From the NCBI GenBank assembly GCA_035263845.1, contig DATFQY010000191.1:37-64036 (forward strand): a DNA stretch of 64,000 nucleotides. The letters are read 5' to 3'. How positions within the stretch are numbered: position 1 is the first letter of the stretch; every line of letters starts with the position of its first letter. The translations under genes were made by a program, and so were the position numbers. Shown here one piece after another: positions 1 through 8,570 of this stretch. The notes under the pieces are model-generated. The model saw only the letters and a program-made list of their open reading frames with translations. It was not told the origin of the DNA and did no database searches. The DNA is from Thermoanaerobaculia bacterium. GTDB lineage: Bacteria > Acidobacteriota > Thermoanaerobaculia > UBA5066 > Gp7-AA6.

Positions 1-378
1 GATCTCCCGGGGTCCCCAGAGGAGGCGGCAGGCGAACGGGAGCGGGAGCCCCGTTCCTCCCTTCTGTGGCGCGGCGGCCGCGTCAGCGGCGAACGCGTAG
101 CCGAATCGCGGGACGGTCCGAAGGATTTTCTGAGACCGCGCTCCGTCGCCGAGAGCCGTTCGCAGCTCGACGATCAGGTTGGGAAGGTTCGCGTCCGAGA
201 CGAAGGTCTCCGGCCAGAGGAGCCGGTGGAGCTCTTCCTTGGAAACGGCGTTGGGACGCCGCTCCGCGAGGATCTCGAGGAGCCGGAAGGCTTTGGGGGT
301 GACGGTGACGAGTTTGCCCTTCCGGAAGATCTCCCGGGTGCCCGAATCGACGACACAATCTCCGAAAATGAGTCTCAC
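1..378 (-). CDS. Winged-helix (OmpR/CadC-type trans_reg_C) DNA-binding regulator; N-terminal part only, continues past the window start
   Basis: Minus-strand frame open from 378 to 1 translates MRLIFGDCVVDSGTREIFRKGKLVTVTPKAFRLLEILAERRPNAVSKEELHRLLWPETFVSDANLPNLIVELRTALGD, which matches the trans_reg_C domain consensus. Putative GTG start at 378. Divergent from truA. Confidence 0.45.
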   Translation of the reverse strand, partial: MRLIFGDCVVDSGTREIFRKGKLVTVTPKAFRLLEILAERRPNAVSKEELHRLLWPETFVSDANLPNLIVELRTALGDGARSQKILRTVPRFGYAFAADAAAAPQKGGTGLPLPFACRLLWGPREI

Positions 379-440
379 CTCGGCGCCCGCCGAAATCCAT
401 CTTAGCAAGCGGGCCCGGGGCCGGATCGTAAGATCTCGAC

Positions 441-1172
441 GTGCCGGCCTGGAAGTTGACGCTGGAGTACGACGGGACGCGCTACCGCGGCTGGCAGTCC
501 CAGAAGAATACGGACCGGACCGTCCAGGGGGCCCTCTTCCGCGCCGCCCGCGAGCTCTTCGAGGAGGACGTCGCGATCGGAGGCGCCGGGCGGACCGACG
601 CCGGCGTCCACGCGCTCGGCCAGGTGGCGCACCTGAAGGCGAAGCGGAAGCTGGCGGAGAAGGCGATCGAGCACGGGATGAACGACCGGCTCCCCTTCGA
701 CGTCAACGTTCTCTCCGTCGAGTCCGCCTCCCCTTCCTTCCACGCGCGGCACGACGCGAAGTCGCGGACGTATCTCTACCGGATCTCGCGTCGCCGGACG
801 GCGTTCGACAAGCGGTACGTATGGTGGGTCAAGGACCGGCTGAACTTCACCGCGATGGCCCGGGCGGCGAAAGGGATCGCGGGACGGCACGACTTCGCGT
901 CCTTCTGTGAGAACCCGGAGGGGCAGGAGTCAACCCTCGTGGTCGTCGAGAAGAGCGACGTCCTCGACTGGACGCACGAGATCCACTACCGCATCGAGGC
1001 GTCGCACTTCCTCTGGAAGATGGTCCGCCGGCTGGCAGGCGCGCTCGTCGAGGTCGGGCGCGGCGCGCTCGACGCCTCGGACGTCGAGCGCCTGCTGGGG
1101 GAGAGGTCCTCCGAGCCGGCGAAGTGGACGGCGCCGCCCTCGGGTCTCTTTCTCGAGAAGGTGACCTACTAG
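441..1172 (+). CDS. truA: tRNA pseudouridine(38-40) synthase TruA
   Basis: YDGTRYRGWQSQ and GAGRTDAGVHA motifs; about 243 aa; GTG start. Confidence 0.9.
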   Translation: MPAWKLTLEYDGTRYRGWQSQKNTDRTVQGALFRAARELFEEDVAIGGAGRTDAGVHALGQVAHLKAKRKLAEKAIEHGMNDRLPFDVNVLSVESASPSFHARHDAKSRTYLYRISRRRTAFDKRYVWWVKDRLNFTAMARAAKGIAGRHDFASFCENPEGQESTLVVVEKSDVLDWTHEIHYRIEASHFLWKMVRRLAGALVEVGRGALDASDVERLLGERSSEPAKWTAPPSGLFLEKVTY

Positions 1173-1175
1173 AGG

Positions 1176-3386
1176 CTAGAGAACGTCGGCGGCTTCCATG
1201 GCGTGGGCGAAGGAGCTCGTCCAGAGCGCCTGGAGAGACGCGACGGATTCGTCGATCAACGTTCTCGATCCGATCGAAAAGGTCAGGCGTTCGCCGCCAA
1301 CCCGGCCGATCGGCTGAAAAGCGACGCCAGTCTTCCCGGCCGCCTCGCGCACGCGGCCCTCCATCTCCGCCCCGAAGGAGACGAGGGCGCGCCCCGTGGT
1401 TTCGCCGAAGAGGAGAGAGGAGGGACGCAGGCCGGAGTCCAGTCGGATCTCCGCGCCGAGGCCGGACTTCATCGCGCACTCGGCCGCTGCGACTCCGAGC
1501 CCGCCCTCGGAGAGATCGTGCGCCGATGCGAGCGATCCGCCGTCCGCGAGAGCGAGGAGGAGCTCGATCAACCGCTTCTCCCCTTCCAGGTCAAGCTCCG
1601 GGCACGGCCCTTCGTCGCGCGACCGGACAACGCGGAGGAACTCGCTTCCGCCGAGCTCGTCGCGGCTCTCTCCGAGCTGTGCGATCACGTCGCCCTGCCG
1701 CCGGAAGGGCACGCGCAGGCGCTTCTCGACGTCGCCGAGGAGACCGACCATCCCGACCGTGGGCGTGGGCGGGATCGCGCGCCCGTCGGTCTCGTTGTAG
1801 AAGGAGACGTTGCCGGACACGACCGGGATCTCCAGCGAGCGGCACGCGTCGGAGAGGCCGCGGACAGCCGCCTCGAACTGGCCCATGACTTCCGGCTTCT
1901 CGGGATTGCCGAAGTTCAGGCAGTCGGTGATCGCGAGGGGCCGCGCCCCCGTGCAGGCGATCGAGCGGGCCGCCTCCGCGACGGCGATCCCCGCTCCGCG
2001 GTACGGATCGAGCGCGCAGAAGAAGGGGTTGACCTCGCTCTTCAGGGCGAGGGCCTTCTTCGTTCCCTTGACTCGGACAAGCGCCGCGTCGCCGCCCGGC
2101 CGCTCGACGGTGTTGGTCCCGACCATGTGGTCGTACTGGGTCCAGATCCAGGATTTCTCCGCGACGTTGGGCGAGGCGAGGATCCGGCGAAGGCTATCGC
2201 CGTAATCGGGGGGCTCGGGCTCCGAAGGCCATCTCGGAGGCGCAAGCGGCCTCGGCGCGGAGCGAGGGCGGTCGTACAACGGCGCCTCGGCGGAGAGCGG
2301 CTCGGCCGGCAGGTCCGCGACGATCTTCCCCTCGAAGAACAGCACCACGCGGCCCGAGTCCGTGACCCGGCCGATCTCCGCGGCGTCCAGGTCCCACTTG
2401 CGAAAGATCTCGAAGACCCTGTCCAGGCGGTCTCGGCGCGCCACGAGGAGCATCCGCTCCTGAGACTCCGACAGCATGATCTCGTAGGGGGACATGCCGG
2501 CTTCGCGCACGGGCACCTTCGAGAGATCCAGCTCCACTCCGCTACCGGCCCGACCCGCCATCTCGAAGGCGGAGGACGTCAGGCCCGCTGCGCCCATGTC
2601 CTGGATCCCCACGACCGCGTCGGTCTCGAAGAGCTCGAGGCACGCCTCCAGCAGCAGCTTTTCGGTGAAGGGGTCGCCGACCTGGACTGTCGGCTTCTTC
2701 TGCTTCGTCTCGTCGCCGGCGAACTCCTCCGAGGCCATCGTCGCGCCGTGGATCCCGTCGCGCCCCGTCTTCGAGCCGACGTACACGACGGGGTTGCCGC
2801 TGCCCTCCGCGCGGCCCTTGAAGATCCGGTCCTTCGCGACGATCCCGACGTTCATGACGTTGACGAGGATGTTGCCGTTGTAGGCCGGGTGGAACGTCGT
2901 CTCCCCGGCCACCGTCGGTATGCCCATGCAGTTGCCGTAGCCGGCGATGCCCCGGACGACGCCGTCCACCAGGTGCTTCATTCGCGGAGCGGAGAGCGCC
3001 CCGAAGCGCAGCGAGTCGAGCGAGGCGACCGGCCTCGCGCCCATCGTGAAGATGTCGCGGAGGATCCCGCCCACTCCCGTCGCCGCTCCCTGGTACGGCT
3101 CGATGAAGGAGGGGTGGTTGTGCGACTCCATCTTGAACGCGGCGGCGAGCCCGTCGCCGATGTCCACGATCCCCGCGTTCTCGCCGGGCCCCTGGATGAC
3201 CCGCGGCCCGGACGTCGGCAGCTTCTTGAGGTGAACCCTCGAGGACTTGTAGGAGCAGTGCTCGCTCCACATCGCCGAGAAGATCCCGAGCTCGACGAGG
3301 TTCGGCTCCCTCCCGAGGATCTTCAGGATGCGTTCGTATTCGTCGGAGGAGAGGTTGTGCTCGGTGACGAGCTCGGGCGTGATCAT
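1176..3386 (-). CDS. purL: Phosphoribosylformylglycinamidine synthase subunit PurL
   Basis: 736 aa with strong full-length PurL similarity (AIR-synthase-related domains). ATGA overlap with purQ. Confidence 0.93.
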   Translation of the reverse strand: MITPELVTEHNLSSDEYERILKILGREPNLVELGIFSAMWSEHCSYKSSRVHLKKLPTSGPRVIQGPGENAGIVDIGDGLAAAFKMESHNHPSFIEPYQGAATGVGGILRDIFTMGARPVASLDSLRFGALSAPRMKHLVDGVVRGIAGYGNCMGIPTVAGETTFHPAYNGNILVNVMNVGIVAKDRIFKGRAEGSGNPVVYVGSKTGRDGIHGATMASEEFAGDETKQKKPTVQVGDPFTEKLLLEACLELFETDAVVGIQDMGAAGLTSSAFEMAGRAGSGVELDLSKVPVREAGMSPYEIMLSESQERMLLVARRDRLDRVFEIFRKWDLDAAEIGRVTDSGRVVLFFEGKIVADLPAEPLSAEAPLYDRPRSAPRPLAPPRWPSEPEPPDYGDSLRRILASPNVAEKSWIWTQYDHMVGTNTVERPGGDAALVRVKGTKKALALKSEVNPFFCALDPYRGAGIAVAEAARSIACTGARPLAITDCLNFGNPEKPEVMGQFEAAVRGLSDACRSLEIPVVSGNVSFYNETDGRAIPPTPTVGMVGLLGDVEKRLRVPFRRQGDVIAQLGESRDELGGSEFLRVVRSRDEGPCPELDLEGEKRLIELLLALADGGSLASAHDLSEGGLGVAAAECAMKSGLGAEIRLDSGLRPSSLLFGETTGRALVSFGAEMEGRVREAAGKTGVAFQPIGRVGGERLTFSIGSRTLIDESVASLQALWTSSFAHAMEAADVL

Positions 3387-4078
3387 CTCGCCGCGAGCGC
3401 GGTGACCACGGACTCGAACATCTTGCGGCCGACGTCGTTGCCGAGGAGGCCCTCGGAGCAGCGGTCGGGGTGGGGCATCAGACCGACGACGTTGCCCTCG
3501 CGGTTGGCGATGCCGGCGATGTTCTCGGCGGCGCCGTTGGGGTTGCCGGCGTCGTTGACCCGGCCCTGTTCGTCGCAGTAGCGGAAGACGACGCGGCGCT
3601 CCCGCCGCAGCTCCTCCATCGTCTCGGGCGGCGCCGTGTAGTTGCCCTCGCCGTGTCCGATCGGCATCTTCACGATCTGGCCGGGCTCGTAGAGGCGGGT
3701 AAAGGCGGTGTCGGAGCTCTCGACCCGCATGAAGATGTCGCGGCAGATGTAGCGAAGCGTCTTGTTCGGCCGGACCGCGCCGGGAAGGAGGCCCGCCTCC
3801 AGCAGAACCTGGAAACCGTTGCAGATCCCGAGGACCGGGCCGCCGGCCCGCGCGAACTCCGCCACGCTGTCCATGACCGGCGAGAAGCGCGCGAGCGCGC
3901 CCGCCCGCAGGTAGTCGCCGTAGGCGAAGCCGCCCGGCAGGATGACGGCGTCGGCGCCCTTCAAGTCCGTCTCCTTGTGCCAGACGTAGCCGGCCTCGCA
4001 GCCGAGCAGGTCCTTCGCGATATGGAAGCAGTCGGCGTCGCAGTTGGAGCCGGGGAAAACGACGATCGCGAACTTCAT
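3383..4078 (-). CDS. purQ: Phosphoribosylformylglycinamidine synthase glutaminase subunit PurQ
   Basis: Class I glutamine amidotransferase, [14 protein letters not shown]...GGFAYGD. Sits in a purS-purQ-purL run. Confidence 0.92.
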   Translation of the reverse strand: MKFAIVVFPGSNCDADCFHIAKDLLGCEAGYVWHKETDLKGADAVILPGGFAYGDYLRAGALARFSPVMDSVAEFARAGGPVLGICNGFQVLLEAGLLPGAVRPNKTLRYICRDIFMRVESSDTAFTRLYEPGQIVKMPIGHGEGNYTAPPETMEELRRERRVVFRYCDEQGRVNDAGNPNGAAENIAGIANREGNVVGLMPHPDRCSEGLLGNDVGRKMFESVVTALAAR

Positions 4079-4317
4079 GGCACCACCCTCACGTCGTAAC
4101 CCTCGATGACGGTGTTGGCGAGGAGCTCCTCGGCCATCTTCTTCGCGTCCCGCACGATCTCGGAGGTGTCCGAGCCTTCCACCTCGACGAAGAAGACCTT
4201 GCCCGCCCGGACGTCCGTGACCGACCGGTGGCCCAGCCGCGTGAGCGCCGCGGCGATCGCCTTGCCCTGGGGGTCCAGGACGTCGTGGCGCGGGTAGACC
4301 CGGATCTCGACCTTCAC
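4075..4317 (-). CDS. purS: FGAM synthase subunit PurS
   Basis: 80-aa PurS-like protein immediately upstream of purQ. GTG start overlaps the upstream stop. Confidence 0.85.
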   Translation of the reverse strand: MKVEIRVYPRHDVLDPQGKAIAAALTRLGHRSVTDVRAGKVFFVEVEGSDTSEIVRDAKKMAEELLANTVIEGYDVRVVP

Positions 4318-5084
4318 GCGTCGAACGTCTCGAAGCCGGTGACCTGGTCGGCGAGCCCGGCGGCGGCCGGCGAATTGGCGCGGGCCAGGGCCTCCGCCAG
4401 CGCGGCCATCGCGAGCGGCGGAATGTTGTTGGTCCGCGAAAGGTGCGTCGCGACGACGCGCTTCAAACCCGGCCAGCTCGAGCGGCGGATCGCCTCAGCG
4501 GACTGGCGGTTGGAGAGGTGCCCCCAGCCGCCCGAGATGCGCTGCTTGAGCGGCCACGTGTAGGGCCCGTCCCGGAGCATGTCCTCGTCGTGGTTGAACT
4601 CCAGGAGGATCGTGGTCGAGCCCTTCAGGAAGTCCACGAAATCTTCCTCCGCCCGCCCCAGGTCCGAGGCGATGACGACGCGGGCGTCGTCGGCCTCGAA
4701 GGCGTACGCGACGGACTCGTTGGCGTCGTGGGGCGTGGCGAAGGCGCGGAATCCCAGGTCCCCGATCCTCGACTCCCGCCGGGCGTCCACCCTCACGAAC
4801 GGGGAGAAGAGGTCTCCCTCCAGGCCGATCGCGTCCGCGGTCCCGGCGGTGGTGAAAATCGGGCACTCCCAGCGGGCGGAGAAGACGAGCGCGCCACTGG
4901 AGTGGTCGCCGTGCTCGTGCGTGACGAAGATGCCGCGGATGGACTCCGGCTCGATGCCGCGGGCGGCCATGCGCCGCTCGATCTCCTTCGCCGAGAGTCC
5001 CGCATCCACCAGCACCCTCGTCCGGCCCGATTCGACGACGCAAGCATTGCCGCCGGATCCGGACGCGAGGATGGACACGCGCAT
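4314..5084 (-). CDS. MBL-fold metallo-hydrolase
   Basis: HEHGDHSSG metallo-beta-lactamase motif; 256 aa. Confidence 0.75.
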   Translation of the reverse strand: MRVSILASGSGGNACVVESGRTRVLVDAGLSAKEIERRMAARGIEPESIRGIFVTHEHGDHSSGALVFSARWECPIFTTAGTADAIGLEGDLFSPFVRVDARRESRIGDLGFRAFATPHDANESVAYAFEADDARVVIASDLGRAEEDFVDFLKGSTTILLEFNHDEDMLRDGPYTWPLKQRISGGWGHLSNRQSAEAIRRSSWPGLKRVVATHLSRTNNIPPLAMAALAEALARANSPAAAGLADQVTGFETFDA

Positions 5085-5109
5085 CGAAGTGTTTAGATTA
5101 GCAGGAAAG

Positions 5110-5560
5110 TCATCGTCCGGTGGAACCGAAGCCTCCCTCGCCTCGCGAGCTCGGCGGAAGCTCCTCCACTTTCTCGAATCGAGCCTGGACGACCGGCGCG
5201 AAGACGAGCTGAGCGATGCGCTCTCCCCTCTCCAGCGTCACGGGCTCGGAGCCGAGGTTCGCGATGATCACCTGGATCTCGCCGCGGTAGTCGCTGTCGA
5301 TGGTGCCCGGCGCGTTCAGTGTCGCCAGGCCCTTGTCGTGCGCGAGACCGCTTCGCATCCGGACCTGCCCCTCGTACCCCGGCGGAATGGCCACCGCGAT
5401 GCCGGTCGGCACCCGCGCCCGTCCTCCCGAAAGGATCATCAGCGGCGCCTCGATCGCCGCGCGAAGGTCGCATCCCGCCGACCCCGATGTCGCGTAGCGG
5501 GGCAGATCCAGGCCCTCGCCGTGGCGAAGGACCTTCACGGCAACCGTGATGTCAGGCACG
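5110..5560 (-). CDS. dut: dUTP diphosphatase
   Basis: C-terminal about 150 aa carry dUTPase motifs (RSGLA..G..N.PGTIDSDYRGEI). The long ORF 5110..6300 is a GC-rich over-extension, so the real start is probably the GTG near 5560. Confidence 0.7.
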
Positions 5561-5603
5561 GCCGGATCGTAACCCGGCGATAGGACAGATAACGACCGGG
5601 CGT

Positions 5604-6887
5604 TTAGTTGAGGGAGGTTGCGAAATCGGGCGCCGTTAGCGGGAGTTTGGCGACGTTTCCCACGACGGCCATGGAGATGATCCGGCCGTCGAAGAGGCGC
5701 TCGGCCTCCTCGGCGATGTCGCCGGAGGTAACCGCCTCGACGCGGGTGATCATCTCTTCGGTCGAGGCGGGCTTGCCGAAGTAGAACTCGTGGCGGGCAT
5801 GCATGGACATGCGCGAGACGGTGGATTCCAGCGACAGCATCATGTTGCCCTTGAGGTTTTCCTTGGCCCAGGCCAGCTCCCTCGGCCGGACCCCCTCGCG
5901 CTTCAGCCTCTTGAGCTCCCGCAGCGTCACCTCCAGGAGCCGTCCCAGGTTCTTCGGCGCGCAGGCGGCGTAGATCGTCTCGTAGCCCCCCAGGCGGAAG
6001 GAGTTCAGCGAAGAGGCGATCGAGTACGCCAGCCCACGCTTCTCGCGAACCTCCTGGAAGAGCCGGGAGGACATCCCTCCGCCCAGGACGATGTCGAGCA
6101 GGTTCGCCGCGAACCGCCGGCCGGAAGCCTGCGACGGCCCCTCCACCCCGAGGCATATGTGGGCCTGCTCGAGCCCGCGCCGGGACTTGAGCAACAGGTC
6201 CTGGTGACCGCGGGGCCGCGCCAGCCGCCGGCCCGGTTCCCCGGAGCGTCCCGGGCGGGAGCGCCGGCGTGAGAAGAGGGCCTCGATCCGGGCGAGGCAT
6301 TCCCGGACGGGCACGTGCCCCGCGAGGGAGACGATCAGGTTCTCCGGCCGGTAGCTCGCCCCGTAGTAGCGGTAGAGGTCCGCCAGGCTGATGGAGCCGA
6401 CCGTCTCCGCCGTCCCGAGGATCGGGGCGCCCAGCGGGTGGCTGCGCCAGAAGGACCGGACGAAGAGCTCGTGGACCTCGTCATCCGGGTTGTCGCTGGC
6501 CTCCCGGATCTCGTCGAGGATGACACCCCGCTCCATCTCGATGTCCACGGACTCGAATGCGGGCGACAGGACCACGTCACCCAGGAGGTCGAGCGCCTCG
6601 GGGAACCGGGAATCCAGCGTGTGGACGTAGAACCCGGTGTACTCCTTGGTGGTGAAGGCGTCCACGTCCCCCCCGAGACGGTCAATCTCCCGGGCGATCT
6701 GGACGGTCGAGCGCCGGCGGGTCCGCTTGAAGAGGACGTGCTCCAGGAAGTGGGAGATCCCCTGCTTGGCTGTCGGCTCGTCTCCCGACCCGGCCCCCAC
6801 GAAGAAGCCGAGGGAGAAGGAGCGGACGTCCTGCATCCGGTCGATGAGAACCGTGGCTCCGTTGGGGAGGATGAACTTCTTGACCAT
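5604..6887 (-). CDS. M16 family zinc peptidase (insulinase-like)
   Basis: HFLEHVLFK inverted zincin HxxEH motif; 427 aa. Confidence 0.8.
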   Translation of the reverse strand: MVKKFILPNGATVLIDRMQDVRSFSLGFFVGAGSGDEPTAKQGISHFLEHVLFKRTRRRSTVQIAREIDRLGGDVDAFTTKEYTGFYVHTLDSRFPEALDLLGDVVLSPAFESVDIEMERGVILDEIREASDNPDDEVHELFVRSFWRSHPLGAPILGTAETVGSISLADLYRYYGASYRPENLIVSLAGHVPVRECLARIEALFSRRRSRPGRSGEPGRRLARPRGHQDLLLKSRRGLEQAHICLGVEGPSQASGRRFAANLLDIVLGGGMSSRLFQEVREKRGLAYSIASSLNSFRLGGYETIYAACAPKNLGRLLEVTLRELKRLKREGVRPRELAWAKENLKGNMMLSLESTVSRMSMHARHEFYFGKPASTEEMITRVEAVTSGDIAEEAERLFDGRIISMAVVGNVAKLPLTAPDFATSLN

Positions 6888-6980
6888 AAACCGGGCCCGG
6901 CGGGCTCTCCTATTCTAATTCCGTGCCCGGTTTGGCCGGAGGGAGCCGGCAAAAGGACCTAATTTTTGATGGTGTTCGAC

Positions 6981-7613
6981 TTAGCGGCCGCGAACCGGAG
7001 TCACCTGGCCCGGGATCCCCGGGCCGCCGATGCCGCCGGGGCCTCTCATCCCGCCGCCGCCCGGCAGGCCCGTCATAGTGTCGCGGTCGGCGTCTCCCAT
7101 GATGAAGCGCCACTGGTCGTAGTACTTCTGACCGCGCCACTCCGACAGTGCCTCTTCGTGGAGGTTCGAGCGCACGCCGATGATCGGCCCGACGCTCTTG
7201 GTCTGACTCGCCCCGAAGACCCCGGGGGTCGGGCTGGGGAGCGGCGCCGGCTGCCCCGGCGATCCCGGCAGGCCCGAGCCTCCGACCGGAGCGTTCGGGT
7301 TGGCGTCGGGCGAGTTCTGGTAGATGACGTGCCAGTCCATGCAGTTGCAGAACGGCTCCTTGAAGAGGTGGCGGATCGTCCGCGGGCGGTTCTCGTAGAG
7401 CTCCTTCAGCTCCGTCGGGAAGCGGCCGTAGCGCTTCTGGAAGAGCGCGATCGCCCGGGCGTACTGCTTGCCGCGAAAGAGGAGCTCCTGCTCGCGCTCC
7501 CTCTTCATGATGGTGGCGATCGAAGGCGCCACACCCATCAGGAGGATCGCCATCACCGTCATCGCGATGACGATGGCGACCATCGTGTACCCGGATTCGC
7601 GGTTGTTTCTCAC
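6981..7613 (-). CDS. Pseudopilin-like protein (atypical; Gly-rich C-terminus)
   Basis: N-terminal hydrophobic helix GYTMVAIVIAMTVMAILL followed by a GspG-like region (YARAIALFQKRYGRFPTELKEL). It lacks the conserved Glu at +5. Confidence 0.5.
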   Translation of the reverse strand: MRNNRESGYTMVAIVIAMTVMAILLMGVAPSIATIMKREREQELLFRGKQYARAIALFQKRYGRFPTELKELYENRPRTIRHLFKEPFCNCMDWHVIYQNSPDANPNAPVGGSGLPGSPGQPAPLPSPTPGVFGASQTKSVGPIIGVRSNLHEEALSEWRGQKYYDQWRFIMGDADRDTMTGLPGGGGMRGPGGIGGPGIPGQVTPVRGR

Positions 7614-8026
7614 CAGTCTTTGTAGAGCGTGCCGTCCAATGCCTTGTCCGGGGAGCCGCTGTGGACGTCGATGACCCCCGGGTTGGTCGGAGCGTCGGCT
7701 GCGCCGGGCTGCTGGGAAGTGTCGGCGGTCGCTTCCTCGAGCGCGATGACCCAGGTCTCAGCGGACTTCGTCATCGGGTCCGTCGGGATCTTGCGCAGGT
7801 AGCCGGCCGACACGAGCGTCTGCAGGTCCGGCGGATAGGCGCCCTTGTCGCCGTGGTACTGGTCGATGACGCTTCGCATCGTGAAGAGGTCCTCCCGGAG
7901 GGCCGCCTCCCGCGCCCGCTGAGGAGAGTCCCGCAGGGCGGGGACGGCGATCGCCGCCAGGATCCCCACGATCGTCATGACGACGAGGAGCTCGAGAAGA
8001 GTGAACCCGCGTTCCGTTGACTTCAT
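7610..8026 (-). CDS. gspG: Type II secretion major pseudopilin GspG-like
   Basis: MKSTERGFTLLELLVVMTIVGILAAIAVP prepilin leader with GFTLLE, and IPTDP near the C-terminus. Confidence 0.7.
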   Translation of the reverse strand: MKSTERGFTLLELLVVMTIVGILAAIAVPALRDSPQRAREAALREDLFTMRSVIDQYHGDKGAYPPDLQTLVSAGYLRKIPTDPMTKSAETWVIALEEATADTSQQPGAADAPTNPGVIDVHSGSPDKALDGTLYKDW

Positions 8027-8030
8027 CTCC

Positions 8031-8570
8031 TCACCAGTCCTTGTAGTAGGTGCCGTCGATGGCCCGCAGGTCAGAGAGGGAGAAGACGTCGTAGACGTTC
8101 TGGCCACCCCAGGACAGCGTGTCCGGTTCGTCCTGGAAGGACCTCATTCCCCACTCGTCCTTCTTGGTCATGGGGTCGGTCGGAACCCGCCGGAGAAACT
8201 TCTGCTTCTTGTCGAGCTGGCCAACGAGCGTGACCCCCTCGACCAGGGTCTTCAAGTCGGGCGGGTAGCCTTCCGAGCCGATCTTGACGGGGATCAGGCC
8301 GAGGTCGGAGTACTGCTTGTACTTGTCGATGGCGTCCCGCATCAGGCGGAGCTGGTAGCGCAGCTCCAGTTCGTCCTGGCGTTTGACGGTGTACCGCGCG
8401 ATCGGGACCGCCATGGAGGCGAGGATCGCCACCATCGCCGCGACCACGGCGAGCTCGACGATCGTGAACCCGGATTCGTGAGCCGTGAACCGTGAGCCGT
8501 GAGCCGCGATTGCGGCGACACGCTCCCTCCACGGCTCACGGCTAACGGCTAACGGCTTACGGATCGTCAC
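8031..8570 (-). CDS. GspG-like pseudopilin, second paralog, with an unusually long N-terminal leader
   Basis: ESGFTIVELAVVAAMVAILA plus VPTDP. The only in-frame start is a GTG overlapping the secretin stop, so the first roughly 30 codons are encoded by the palindromic heptamer element. Confidence 0.6.
   Translation of the reverse strand: MTIRKPLAVSREPWRERVAAIAAHGSRFTAHESGFTIVELAVVAAMVAILASMAVPIARYTVKRQDELELRYQLRLMRDAIDKYKQYSDLGLIPVKIGSEGYPPDLKTLVEGVTLVGQLDKKQKFLRRVPTDPMTKKDEWGMRSFQDEPDTLSWGGQNVYDVFSLSDLRAIDGTYYKDW
8477..8566 (-). repeat. Palindromic heptamer-array element, copy 1 (CCGTAAG x4 / loop / CGGCTCA x4)
   Basis: Read directly: four tandem 7-mers on each arm, with the arms complementary. 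It is near-identical apart from the loop to the copy at 25018..25108. Confidence 0.6.

Noticed and set aside
1203-3581. 792-aa ORF on the plus strand antisense to purL, and similar long antisense ORFs at 8738-10873, 13841-15277, 15120-18122, 26907-28814, 28884-32555, 47076-49223 and 61602-63122
   Set aside because: Their translations are Arg/Gly/Pro/Asp-rich low-complexity sequence typical of shadow ORFs in 70% GC DNA. The opposite strand carries clear homologues.
5110-6300. 396-aa minus-strand ORF apparently fusing dut with a large N-terminal extension that overlaps the M16 peptidase gene
   Set aside because: Only the last about 150 aa look like dUTPase. The rest overlaps the M16 peptidase in another frame and is Arg/Pro-rich filler. 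The likely true start is the GTG near 5560.
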